Position numbers and translations under genes: made by a program. Of a stretch of 64,000 nucleotides of DNA, positions 51,493 to 63,031 are shown one piece after another. The notes beneath the pieces are model-generated. The model ran no database searches. It was not told where the DNA came from and saw only the letters and a program-made list of their open reading frames with translations. Source of the stretch: Felis catus (taxonomy: Eukaryota); the NCBI RefSeq assembly GCF_018350175.1, contig NC_058368.1:114330001-114394000 (forward strand), given 5' to 3'. The stretch's first letter is position 1. Each line of letters opens with the position of its first letter.

Positions 51493-51724
51493 TTTTTTTT
51501 TTTTTTTAATTTTTTTTTTCAACGTTTATTTATTTTTGGGACAGAGAGAGACAGAGCATGAACGGGGGAGGGGCAGAGAGAGAGGGAGACACAGAATCGG
51601 AAACAGGCTCCAGGCTCTGAGCCATCAGCCCAGAGCCGGACGCGGGGCTCGAACTCACGGACCGCGAGACCGTGACCTGGCCGAAGTCGGACGCTTAACC
51701 GACTGCGCCACCAGACGCCCCAGT
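51493..51724 (-). mobile_element. Young felid CanSINE with perfect 15-bp TSD
   Basis: TCTCTTAAAACTTCT at 51478-51492 and 51725-51739; CpG-rich. Confidence 0.95.
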
Positions 51725-52761
51725 TCTCTTAAAACTTCTAATACTATCATGTATCCTCAGGTTTCAGAAACTTGGCCAAACTGCCTAAAGCAAGAAATGG
51801 GAAGATGCTTACCTAGGTGGGTCAGCATTGCTGTAAACAGGCTCTACTGACAAACTTAACATTCTCACCAGCCAAGGATCAGCTACCACAAAACAGGTGC
51901 TTGGATCAGTTCTCATACTGAAATTCATATAGTCAAGAAAAAGAAACTCGAGAAATTATAAAACCGCCTGATTTAATATAATCCTTGATTCTTTATTTAA
52001 AATAAAGATATGTCAGTATTTGTGATTCTTACGCATATTGGTATGGGGGGTTTGTTGCTGAGTTAAAAATAAAAATTTGGTCTGTTAAAATGTAAGCCCT
52101 TGTCACACACCCCTTAACAACCAAGGGAACCCACCTTCTGCAGGTGTGCCACCTAATGCAGCATACTTACAAAAATTAAGAGCTCCTTTTATTTTTTTAA
52201 GTTTATTTATTTTGTGAGAGAGGTGGGGGAGGGGCAGAGAGAGAGGGAGAGAGGAGAGAAATCCAACCAGGCTTTGCATACTCAGGGCAGAGCTCCATGT
52301 GGGGATCAAACGCAGGAACTGAGAGATCATAACCTAAGCCAAAACCAAGAGTCAGAAGCTTAACCGACTTAACCACCCAGGCACTCCAAGAGCTTTTTTT
52401 AAACTAAAACTGGGGGGCACCTGGGTGGTTCAGTCGGTTAAACGTCCGACTTTGGCTCAGGTCATGATCTCACGGTTTGTGAGTTCAAGCCTCACATTAA
52501 GCTTGCTGCTGTCAGCATGGAGCCTACTCCGTATCCTATGTCCACCTCCAACTTGTGCGCCCTCTTTCTCAAAAAATAAAGTGAAATTAATACTGAATCA
52601 GTAATTATATTGATTTAAAATTACATCGGGGCACCTGGTTGGCTTGGTCGGTGAAACACGCAACTCTTGGTCTTGGGGATGTGAGGGTAAATATTTTCAC
52701 AAAGAGAAGTAGTATTAAATGATATCAAAAAAGGAACCATTAGTTTCTAAAAGAAGAAAGA

Positions 52762-52775
52762 CTGCCACCTACTGA
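52762..52775 (-). promoter_or_regulatory. Candidate reverse-oriented CTCF site
   Basis: Minus strand TCAGTAGGTGGCAG, one mismatch to the core consensus. Confidence 0.35.
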
Positions 52776-52894
52776 AAGGATACATCATTTTTCAGAAGGT
52801 TTTCCCTAGATGGGACAAGAAAGCCTCAAGTTCAATGGACTCCCAACTACAATAAAGCCTGCTTTAAAAGCATTCAATACAAAGAATAAATACT

Positions 52895-53155
52895 ATACAA
52901 CTCTACTTACATGACACATCTAGAAAAGTCAAAGTCGGAGAGACAGAAAAAAACAGAATAGTGGTTACCAGAGGCTGAAAAGAGGGGTAAACAGAATGAG
53001 TGATTAATAAGCAGTCTCAGTTTCAGTTGACAAAAATTCTGGAGATGGATAGTGGTGATGGCTGCACAACAAAGGGAATGTACATAATGGTACTGAACTG
53101 TACACCTAAAAATTTTATGTTGTGTATATTTTATCACAATTAAAATAAACAAAAA
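52895..53155 (+). mobile_element. Old L1M 3' end
   Basis: AGAATAGTGGTTACCAGAGGCTG...GATGGATAGTGGTGATGGCTGCACAAC...TTTTATCACAAT. Confidence 0.75.
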
Positions 53156-53668
53156 AGAGCATACAGTATACCAAGGCCTTCTTTGCTATGAAATTTACTG
53201 CTGATTAGGGAAAGTGTTAAATATTACCATTCACACTAATTTTTCATTCATAATTTAATGCATACTTAAATTTTCACTAATTATTTTTACTAAAAATTTT
53301 TTTGTTTACTTTTGAGAGAAACAGAGACAGAGTATGAGTGGGGGAGGCACAGAGATAGAGGGTGACAAAGAATCTGAAGTAGGTTCTAGGCTCTGAGCTG
53401 ATGCTTAACTGACTAAATCACCCAGGCACTGCCCTGGGTAACCATTTTTAATCTCCTAGTGTTTCATTTGCAAATATTGGCAAACATGAATATATATTAC
53501 TTTTTCTCTTTCTACCACACAAGATTTTTATACACTGCTCTGCATCTTATTTTTTCCATAGCAGGACACAAACAGGTTCCTCTTTTTTCATTTTACAATT
53601 AGCTGCACTGTATTCAATTTGGTGGTTTCACCAGAGTTTACTTAACTAATTCTTTTTCTAAACACTTT

Positions 53669-54292
53669 TTTTCTTTTTTTTTTTCTTTTTTAAAATTTAC
53701 ATCCAAATTAGTTAGCATATAGTACAACAATTTCAAGAGTAGATTCCTTAGTGCCCCTTACCCATTTAGCCCATCCCCCCTCCCACAACTCCTCCCATAA
53801 CCCTCAGTTTGTTCTCCATATTTATGAGCCTCTTCTGTTTTGTCCCCCTCCCTGTTATTATATTATTTTTGTTTCCCTTCCCTTATGTTCATCTGTTTTA
53901 TCTCTTAAAGTCCTCATATGAGTGAAGTCATATGATTTTTGTCTTTCTCTAATTTCACTTAGCATTATACCTTCCAGTTCCATCCACGTAGGTGTAAATG
54001 GCAAGATTTCACTCTTTTTGATTGCCGAGTAATACTCCATTGTATAGATATACCACATCTTCTTTATCCATTCATCTATCGATGGACATTTGGGCTCTTT
54101 CCATACTTTGACTATTGTTGATAGTGCTGCTATAAACAAGGGGGAGCATGTGTCCCTTTGAAACAGCACACCTGTATCCTGTGAATAAATGCCTAGTAGA
54201 GCAATTGTTGGGTCATAGGGTAGTTCTATTTTTGGTTTTTTGAGGAACCTCCATACTGTTTTCCAGAGTGGCTGCACCAGCTTGCATTCCCA
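53669..54292 (-). mobile_element. 5'-truncated carnivore L1 (ORF2 C-terminus, 3' UTR, poly(A))
   Basis: ORF 53858-54277 QPLWKTVWRFLKK...WMELEGIMLSEI; T-rich tail at ~53669-53691. Confidence 0.93.
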
Positions 54293-55397
54293 TTTTTGAA
54301 AAAATTTTTTAATGTTTATTTATTTTTTGAGAGAGAGAGAGAGAGAGTGAGAGCATGAGTGGGGGAGGGGCAGAGAGCGGGGGAGACACAGAATCTGAAG
54401 CAGGCTCCAGGCTCCAAGTTGTCAGCACAGAGCCTGATGCAGGGCTTGAACCCATGAACCGTGAGATCATGACATGAGCGGAAGTCAGACACTTAACCAA
54501 CTAAGCCACCCAGATGCCCCTCTAAATACTTTAAGTAATCTCTATATCCAACTGGGGTTCGAACTCACAACCCTGAGATCAAGAGTAGCATGCTCTACAG
54601 ACTGAGCCAGCCAGATGCCCCTATTTAACCAATTTTCTAATGCTAGGTTATTTTTAATCTTTTGCTGGAAAATAAACAATACCACAAAAAATAACTTGTA
54701 TACATATAATGTCATATTAATACGTGGGTCACAGGAGGGATCCCCAGCATTAGAAGTGCTAAGTCAAAGGGTAGATGCATCTGTAATATTGATAGATAAC
54801 TGCAAGTTTCCCTTCTATAGCGGTTGTGCCATTTACTTTTATATTTTTGCCAGATGGTATTTCAGGGCTGTTTTCATTTGCTTTTTCCTTGTTAGAGATT
54901 GGTCATTTTTTCATATGTTTAAGATGCATTTGTTTTTCTTTTTCTGTGATCATCCACATGATCTATCCTTTTTTCTTTTAAAGTTTATTTTTGAGAGAGA
55001 GAGAGCACCAGTTAGTGAGGGGCAGAGAGAGAGTGAGAGAGAATCCTATGCAGACTGCACACTGACAGTGCCCGATGAGGAGCCTGACCTCACCTAAAGC
55101 AGGGCTTGAACTCACAAACTGTGCGATCATGACTTGAGCCAAAGTCAGACACTCAACTGACTGAGCCACCCAGGCACCCCAACATGTTCTGCCCATTTTC
55201 AACTGAATTTTTATCTTTTTCTAGGAACTCTTTATGTATTAAGGAGATTAGCCCTTTGCCTATCATGAATTGCAAATCTTTTTTCTAAGTTTGTTATTTG
55301 CTTTTGACTTTGTTTATGTTTACTTAGCTATGCAAAAGTTTCTTATGTTTATAGTTGTATCAATCTTTTCTTTTATGGCTCCTAGACAAGAAACCAC

Positions 55398-55431
<34 letters not shown>

Positions 55432-57071
55432 TGTCCTACTCCAAAAACAAAAAGAAACTTCATCTTTTTTTCTACAGTTTATGTTTAATATTAATTTTTA
55501 TTTTTTTAATGTTTTTATTTATTTTTGAGAGAGAGAAAGCATGAGTAGGGGAGGGGCAGAGAAAGAGAGAGGGAGACATAGAATCTGAACCAGGCTCCAG
55601 GCTCTTAGCTGTCAGCACAGAGCCTGACTGAGGGCTAGAGCTCACGAGGCAAGAGATCATGATGTGAGCTGAAGTCAGACGCTTAACTGAGTCACCCAGG
55701 CAACCCTATGTTTAATTTTTAAATATTTAAATCTTAAATCCATTTGGAGTTTACCCTGCTATACACAGTATAATATTTGAATCCAACTTTTTTTTCAACG
55801 GTTACTGAATTTTCCTAACATTTATTAAAAAGTTCTTAACCTGAGTCTTTTAAATATATTAAATATTTTATTATACATTCCTGCACTTTTTCCTTATACT
55901 TTCTTGTACCATTCCTACACTGAACCTCTACGTATCCTCCTAAGCTTATATGAAATTCCTCATCTTTCCTGAGGACTGAAATTTTCTTTTTTCTTTCATA
56001 AAACACTGACAAAACAGATAATATGACACTGTAGAAATAAAAGAAAATTCAAAAATCCTGGAATTTTAAGTAGGGATGGTACAGAAAGGATTACTTAAAA
56101 TATCCTGGGGCACCTGGGTGACTCAATTGATTGAGTGTCTGGCTCTTGATTTTGGCTCAGGTTATGATCTCACCACTGGTGAGATGGAGTCTTGCACCAG
56201 GCTGTGTACAGAGCCTGCTTGTGATTCTCTGTCTCCCTCTCTCAATCTCTCTCAAAAACAAATATTTTTAAAAATCCCATTATATTTGATGATAATCTTT
56301 TAAGTTTATTTATTTTTAGAGAGAGAGGAAGAGAGAGCATGAGTGGGGGAGGTGCAGAGAGAGGGAGGATCTTGGGATCCACACTGTCAGCATGGAGACC
56401 AATGGAGGGCTTGAGCCCACAAAATGTGAAATCATGACCTGAGCTGAAATCAAGAGCTGGACATTAATCGACTGAGCCACCCAGGCACCCCTAATGATAA
56501 TCTTTAACAACACTCCTTTTACATACATTTTCAAACCTCTAACAACTGCAGAATAAGTGTAAGGCTTAACACTTTAAATGTCTGTAATAATTGAAAAAGA
56601 AAATACCAACAGTCCATCAATTGAGGAACAAGTAAATAAAGTGTGGTTCATTTACACAGGGGAGTATTACACAGAAGTTAGGAAGAATGAGAGATTCAGA
56701 TGTAATAACATGGAATGCTATCTAAGCAACTTTGTCAAGGGAAGAGAATTGTACTATCTTATGGAGGGAAACGTTTGTAAATGCATTGAAAAATTCTGAA
56801 AGGACAGAAAGCTTTAAGTAGTTGCCTTTCCCTGGAAACTGAAACTTGGGTGGGAGAGGAAGGTGGAGGAAAAAGGAATTTTAATTCTCATTTTAGATCC
56901 TTTTGAGGTGTGAAAAGCTTTTTAAAACACATATAACTTTTATACTTAAAATAAATGTTAAATTTAAAGCTAAATACTAGCAACTAAACAGGTTAACATG
57001 TTTACATAAACATTTAAAAAAGAAAAAAGGAAAGAAAAGAAAAAAACAAGATCATCATGCCCAGAAGTTAC

Positions 57072-57200
57072 CTGAACAATGGTGAATCCAGATCTGAGAA
57101 TAATATCTTGTATCTCCTCCTCTTTGTCAACAATATCCGGTTTGATAATAGCCAGAGTTTTTTCTACATATATCTGAGGTGGGGGCATTGATATCTGCAT
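57072..57200 (-). CDS. NME5: NME5 first coding exon (nucleoside diphosphate kinase homolog 5, radial spoke RSPH23)
   Basis: MQISMPPPQIYVEKTLAIIKPDIVDKEEEIQDIILRSGFTIVQ with NDPK motif TLAIIKPD; donor CAG|GTAAC; likely acceptor AAG|GCAGA-ATG at 57205. Confidence 0.96.
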
Positions 57201-57808
57201 TCTGCCTTTTCGATGTAAATTTAGGAGACTCTCCACAGGAATCAACTGCAATGACAGGCATCAACCCCACCCCAAATTTAATGTAATTGTGACTAAGAAC
57301 AGAGTTATTAGGCGCTTGATTTTATTAACTTATAAAATTAGAAACTGCGGATTCTTTTTCTATAAGCAGTGTCTTGATAATATGATACGAGGTAGCAGGG
57401 AGCCTGGCTGGTTCAGTTCCAGGAGCATGAGACTCTTGATTTCTGGGTGGTGGGTTTGAGCCTCAGGTAGGGTATAGAGATTAAACTAAACTAAAACAAA
57501 CAAACACCATTTCTCCTCTATGTCTAATTCATGCCCTTGGTTTTCCTAAGCACTTTCCTTGAGGGGGAGAGGCAAGGGGCAGTCTGAAGGCCTGGGCCTG
57601 GCTCAGACGCTCAGGGTTGCAGGTGAAAACTCTGTTGGCCACTCTGCAGCAACTCTCTACTCTAGGGACAGGTAAGCGGCTTCGTTCCCACCCCTCCTGG
57701 AAGACCACACATAAGGTCTGGCCTGGTTAGAAACCAGGATCGCCAAAATGCAGTGCATTTCCAAAGTGTACTGCAGATTCTGAGCAAGGACCTCATCTAT
57801 GCACTCAC

Positions 57809-57860
57809 CCTAGTGCCTGCTCCTCTAGTGCCACCGTAGCTTGTTGCTAGGAGACCTGAA
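57809..57860 (-). other. NME5: NME5 non-coding exon 1 (5' end approximate)
   Basis: Strong donor AGG|GTGAGT at 57809/57808; begins in X-box sequence resembling my recollection of the human NME5 5' UTR. Confidence 0.65.
57843..57855. promoter_or_regulatory. RFX X-box at the NME5 start
   Basis: GTTGCTAGGAGAC fits the imperfect palindrome GTTGCYANGNRAC typical of ciliary gene promoters. Confidence 0.7.
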
Positions 57861-57886
57861 GCACAGTTCAGGGATGGTGGCTGCAC

Positions 57887-57918
57887 AGGGCCAATCCAGC
57901 AGAGGGCCAATCCAGCAG
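57887..57918. promoter_or_regulatory. Perfect 16-bp tandem duplication giving two CCAAT boxes
   Basis: AGGGCCAATCCAGCAG twice. Confidence 0.6.
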
Positions 57919-57948
57919 AGTGTATCACAGGCTCTGGCTGGTTTCTTT

Positions 57949-59048
57949 CTTTTTTTTTTTTAATTTTAGTATTTTTTAAATATGAAATTTATTGTCAAAT
58001 TGGTTTCCATACAACACCCAGTGCTCATTCCAACAGGTGCCCTCAATACCCATCACCCATCTTCCCCTCCCTCCCACCCCCCATCAACCCTAAGTTTGTT
58101 CTCAGTTTTTAAGTCTCTTATGTTTTGGCTCCCTCCCTCTCTAACCTCTTTTTTTTTTTTTTTTTTCCTTCCCCATGGTCTTCTGTTAAAAGTTTCTCAG
58201 GATCCACATAAGAATGAAAACATATGGTATCTTTCTCTGTAGGACTTATTGCACTTAGCATAACACTCTCCAGTTCCATCCACGTTGCTACAAAAGGCCC
58301 TATTTCATTCTTTCTCATTGCCACGTAGTATTCCATTGGGTATATAAACCACAGTTTCTTTATCCATTCATCAGTTGATGGACATTTAGACTCTTCCCAT
58401 AATTTGGCTATTGTTGAAAGTGCTGCTATAAACATTGGGGTACAAGTGCCCCTATGTATCAGCACTCCTGTATCCCTTGGGTAAATTCCTAGCAGTGCTA
58501 CTGCTGGGTCAAAGGGTAGATCTATTTTTAATTTTTTGAGGACCCTCCACGCTTTCCAGAGCGGCTGCACCAGTTTGCATTCCCACCAACAGTGCAAGTG
58601 GGTTCCCGTTTCTCCACATCCTTGCCAGCATCTATAGTGTCCTGATTTGTTCATTTTAGCCACTCTGACTGGCGTGAGATGGTATCTGAGTGTAGTTTTG
58701 ATTTGTATTTCCCTGATGAGGAGTGATGTTGAGCATCTTTTCATGTGCCTGTGGGCCATCTGGATGTCCTCTTTAGAGAAGTGTCTATTCATGTTTTCTG
58801 CCCATTTCTTCACTGGATTATTTGTTTTTTGGGTGTGGAGTTTGGTGAGCTCTATATAGATTTTGGATACTAGCCCATTGTCCGATATGTCATTTGCAAA
58901 TATCTTTTCCCATTCCGTTGGTTGCCTTTTAGTTTTCTTGATTATTTCCTTGGCAGTGCAGAAGCTTTTTATCTTCATGAGGTCCCAATAGTTCATTTTT
59001 GCTTTTAATTCACTTGCCTTTGGGGATGTGTCAAGTAAGAAATTGCTG
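57949..59048 (-). mobile_element. 5'-truncated felid L1 (~1.1 kb) between the BRD8 poly(A) site and the NME5 start
   Basis: ORF 58118-59077 is L1 ORF2 C-terminus with the cysteine-rich motif [18 protein letters not shown]; poly(T) at ~57950-57961; TSD TGGCTG(G/T)TTTCTTT at 57935-57948 / 59049-59062. Confidence 0.96.
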
Positions 59049-59367
59049 TGGCTGTTTTCTTTTATCCAACAGAGCATGCCAGCCTACAGGCATCTTTATC
59101 CCCCCTTGGGAATCTTAAGAGCACTAGATGTTTTCTAACATTTTCATCTTATTTCACCCTCCTAGCCATTTGAAGGACGCTTCAATTATCTCAACTTTAT
59201 AAATACGGAGACAAATCATAGACACTCTCGCTTCATCCTACACCATCCAACTGCAGACAGTATAGTAAGAAACCCAAATCAAGTACCTTACTCATTCCAC
59301 CAGATACTGTCCTTTAATACAAGATTCTGTAATCATTAAAAAGCAATCTATAACTTGTGAAATAACA

Positions 59368-59373
59368 TTTATT
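59368..59373 (-). terminator. Candidate BRD8 long-isoform polyadenylation signal
   Basis: AATAAA on -, ~310 nt after the stop. Confidence 0.6.
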
Positions 59374-59684
59374 TACAGAGCAGTTATAAGACGTTTAATT
59401 TAGTTACATCTAAATCAAGCCTATGGAACAAAGCTGTGGGCAACATTTATGGCTGAGCCCCAAATCTCAGCTTTCCCTGTTTTATGTTATGTCCACAGGC
59501 ACCTTTGACTCCTTGGTTGTGAATTAAGGCATTTTTCTTATTAGAAAAGACAACAGAGAACTAGTAAACAAGTACTGGGATCTTCTGTAACTATCAATAA
59601 GAGGTCCCAAATCCAGAAAAGGTCAGGATAGCAGTTCCTGGTTAACAAAAGAGGTTTTCCAACATCCACAGGCTTGGCTGGTTC

Positions 59685-59735
59685 TCATTCCATACTATTT
59701 AAGTCTCTTCTTTTGTCTAACCAAACACTCAGCAC
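59685..59735 (-). CDS. BRD8: BRD8 long isoform last coding exon
   Basis: CTTGTCTTTGTAG acceptor; VLSVWLDKRRDLNSME*; phase 0 matches the previous exon. Confidence 0.88.
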   Translation of the reverse strand: MLSVWLDKRRDLNSME

Positions 59736-60303
59736 CTACAAAGACAAGGTAATAGCAAGCTATAAATCTTAAAAATTACAGAGATTTGACTGTAATTTTA
59801 TTTCTTTTTCTGCAGTAAGATCTGACTATGCTTTTTTTCTTTAAAGTATGGTCTTGCCCAGAAAAGAAACTCTCTGTCCTCTTTTGGCTACCATGTCTTA
59901 CCCCTATAGATGAGACAGTGTGAACATACATTAATATCAATAGGTAGAGCAACCAAAAAATGGAGTGACTCCAGTCTTTGGTTTGCATGGTTAGCCCTCT
60001 GATTTGAGGCTCTGGAAGTAGGAGCTCCTGTTACTTCTGTATTCCCAACTCTCTTGAGACTTCTTCACTGCTGCCTGTATTCCTATACTACTTTACTTCA
60101 TTATTCTATTAAAGCTGGTCCTACAGAGGTTTAGGGTTTTCCAAAGCAGTAGGACAACGTTAGTACCTCAGGGATTTTAATCACCTTTAAACATAAACTC
60201 TGAGAACACAGGTCATTTTAACATCACTCTTATTCTCAGACTTACTAAAATCAGATTCCAGAGGCTGTACTCCTTCTTCTTATAAATCTCTTACATACAC
60301 TAC

Positions 60304-60481
60304 CTGAATCTGCTCCAAGACTTCTCGTTGCATCTCCACAGCCATATGGTACACATGATGATCAGAGTCATTGTACATCACAGCATTTTGGAACATCAGC
60401 ATCAGGTCTCTCTGGAACTGAGCCATGGTACGAATCCGTCCCTTAGACAGATTCCTTTTCAGGCTAGTTAAGTCCATGGGT
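60304..60481 (-). CDS. BRD8: BRD8 penultimate exon (second bromodomain)
   Basis: CTGTAG acceptor; (R)PMDLTSLKRNLSKGRIRTMAQFQRDLMLMFQNAVMYNDSDHHVYHMAVEMQREVLEQIQ with bromodomain PMDL and NAxxYN motifs; donor CAG|GTAGT. Upstream exons are outside the window. Confidence 0.95.
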
Positions 60482-60639
60482 CTACAGGTGGCCAAGAAAA
60501 ACGAGAGAAAATCAAATTTTCATGGTGAATATGTGGGACCTAACATGCTCTCATGGAAAACCAGCTCTCCAAGTAGTAAATGAAAATAGCAAATAAAACA
60601 GTAGCAAAGATAACAATACCCATCAGATAATAAAATGCC

Positions 60640-60875
60640 AATAGCAGCTAACATTTGACTTCTTATAATAGGCCAAGAGGTGTGCTAGGTACTTTCTACA
60701 TTAACTCACTTATCCTCTCAATAAACCTATAAGCTGGCGCCTTATTATCACCAATTGGCAAAGAGGAAACACATCTAGAGAGGCTAAATACTTGCTCAAA
60801 GTCACATAGCTTGGATTCCAATTCAGAGGCAGCCTGACTCCAGAGCCCACAAGCCCAGCTACTATACTCTTACTA
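60640..60875 (-). mobile_element. MIR
   Basis: TAGCAGCTAACATTT...GAGGAAAC...AAAGTCACATAGCT...CCTGACTCCAGAGCCC. Confidence 0.65.
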
Positions 60876-61174
60876 CTGTAGGAGGAATGCTAGCCCCAGG
60901 TACCAAAGTTGTAAAGAGCTCCAATGATGAGTCACTCCCACTGTACTGACTGCCTGACTGTTTACAATGTGTAGTCATATACTTGTTTAATCTACTTCTC
61001 TTACTACATAATCAAAAGTTAAAAATGTCCTTCTCCTTGTGTGGAGATAAAGAGTGTGAATCAAGTCAATGAATACCTAAATAATTATTTAATGAGACAC
61101 AAAAAGTGGGTATATAAGAGAAGACACAGCAGTGTACAAAGAGGACTGAACTAGAAGTTAAGAATCGGGTTTAG

Positions 61175-62731
61175 CAAGCCCTATCAAAATAAGACTAGCA
61201 TTCTTCACAGAGCTAGAATAAACAATCCTAAAATTTGTATGGAACCAGAAAAGACCCCGAACAGCCAAAGCAATCTTGAAAAAGAAAACCAAAGCTGGAG
61301 GCATCACAATCCTGGTCTTCAAGTTCTTATTACAAAGCTGTAATCATCAAGACAGTATGATACTGGAACAAAAACAGACACGCAGATCAATGGAACAGAA
61401 TGGGAGAACCCAGAAATGGACCCACAAACATATGGGTTTCCTGCTTTGACAAAGCAGGAAAGAATATCAATGGAATAGAGACAGTCTCTTCAGCAAATGG
61501 TGCTGGGAAAAGTGGACAGCAACAAGCAGAAAAATGAACCTGGACCACTTTCTTACACCATACACGAAAATAAACTCACAATGGACGAAAGACATAAACG
61601 TAAGACAGGAAGCCATCAAAACCCTGGAGGAGAAAGCAGGCAAAAACCTCTTTGACCACGGCTGCAGCAACTTCTTACTCAACCCATCTCTGGAGGCAAG
61701 AGAAACAAAAGCAAAAATGAACGACTGGGACCTCATCAAAATAAAGCTTCTGCACAGTGAAGGAAACAATCAGCAACAGACAGAATGGGAGAAGATATTT
61801 GCAAATGACATTGTCAGATAAAAAGTTAGTATCCAAAATCTATAAACAACTTACTAAATGCAACACCCAAAAAAACAAATAATCCAGTGAAGAAATGGGC
61901 AAAAGACATGAATCGATACTTCTCCAATGAAGACATCCAGATGGCTGACACATAAAAAAATGTTCAACATCACTCATCATCAGGGAAATATAAATCAAAA
62001 CCACAATGAGATACCACCTTACACCTGTCAGACTGGCTAACATTAACAACTCAGGCAACAACAGATGTTGGCAAGGATGCGGAGAAAGAGGATCTCTTTT
62101 GCACTGCTGGTGGGAATGCAAACTGGTGCAGCCACTCTGGAAAACAGTATGAAGCTTCCTCAAAAAATTAAAAACAAAACTACCCTACGACCCCAGCAGC
62201 TGTACTACTAGGTATTACTCAAGGGATACAGGTATGCTGTTTCAAAGGGCCACATGCACCCAATGTTTATAGCAACACTATCAGCAATAGCCGAAGTGTG
62301 GAAATAATCCAAATGTTCACCAATGGATGAATGGATAAGGAAGATGTGGTATATATACACAATGGAGTATTACTCGGCAATCAAAAAGAATGAAATCTTG
62401 CCATTTGCAACTATGTAGATGGAATAGAGGGTATTATGCTAAGTGAAATTAGTCACAGAAAGAATATATGACTTCACTCATATGAGGAATTTAAGATACA
62501 AAACAGATGGAACATAAGGGAAGGGAAGCAAGAAGAATATAAAAACAGGGGAGGGACAAAACATAAGAGACTCTTAAACATAGAGAATAAACAGAGGGTT
62601 GCCGGAGGAGTTGTGGGAGGGGGGAAGGGCTAAATGGGTAAGGGGCATTAAGAAATGTACTCCTGAAATCATTGTTGCACTATATGCTAACTAACTTGGA
62701 TGTAACTTAAAAAAAAAAAAAAAAAAAAAAA
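61175..62731 (+). mobile_element. 5'-truncated carnivore L1 (~1.55 kb, frameshifted ORF2 3' part) in a BRD8 intron
   Basis: ORF2 remnants (NLDHFLTPYTKINS), 3' UTR, ~25-nt poly(A); TSD AAGAATC(G/T)GG(T/C)TTAG at 61160-61174 / 62732-62746. Confidence 0.95.
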
Positions 62732-63031
62732 AAGAATCTGGCTTAGATCTAGTTCTGTTATTCACTGTTGATCACTCCCAAGTCATGAGCACCTCTGAGC
62801 CTTACTTTCCTTATTTAGAGAATGAAGTAGTCTGTCTCCAAACGTCCTTTCCTGATCTTTTACACTATTTATACACTAGTTTATGACAGCATTTTAGGTG
62901 AACTATGCTATAAAAATCCAAAATAGTGCTATCAACCAATGTGTGTAAATAAACATTTGGAGTAGCATCTTTGCCTTAGCATACCTACAAATGCTTGAAT
63001 GAATATAGCATTCTTTTCAAAGTTTCATTCC

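Noticed and set aside
55401..55428. Pure A28 run suggesting a tiny retro-insertion
   Set aside because: No TSD or recognisable 5' body; probably expansion of an A-run inside an old L1 fragment.
57201..57251. In-frame upstream extension of NME5 in the ORF track
   Set aside because: Begins at TTG in intron sequence upstream of the likely acceptor; the ATG at 57200 matches the known N-terminus.
58118..59077. Longest ORF in the window (319 aa) as a possible novel gene
   Set aside because: It is the L1 ORF2 C-terminal region of a 5'-truncated element, with no endonuclease or RT domain and a start codon in flanking DNA.
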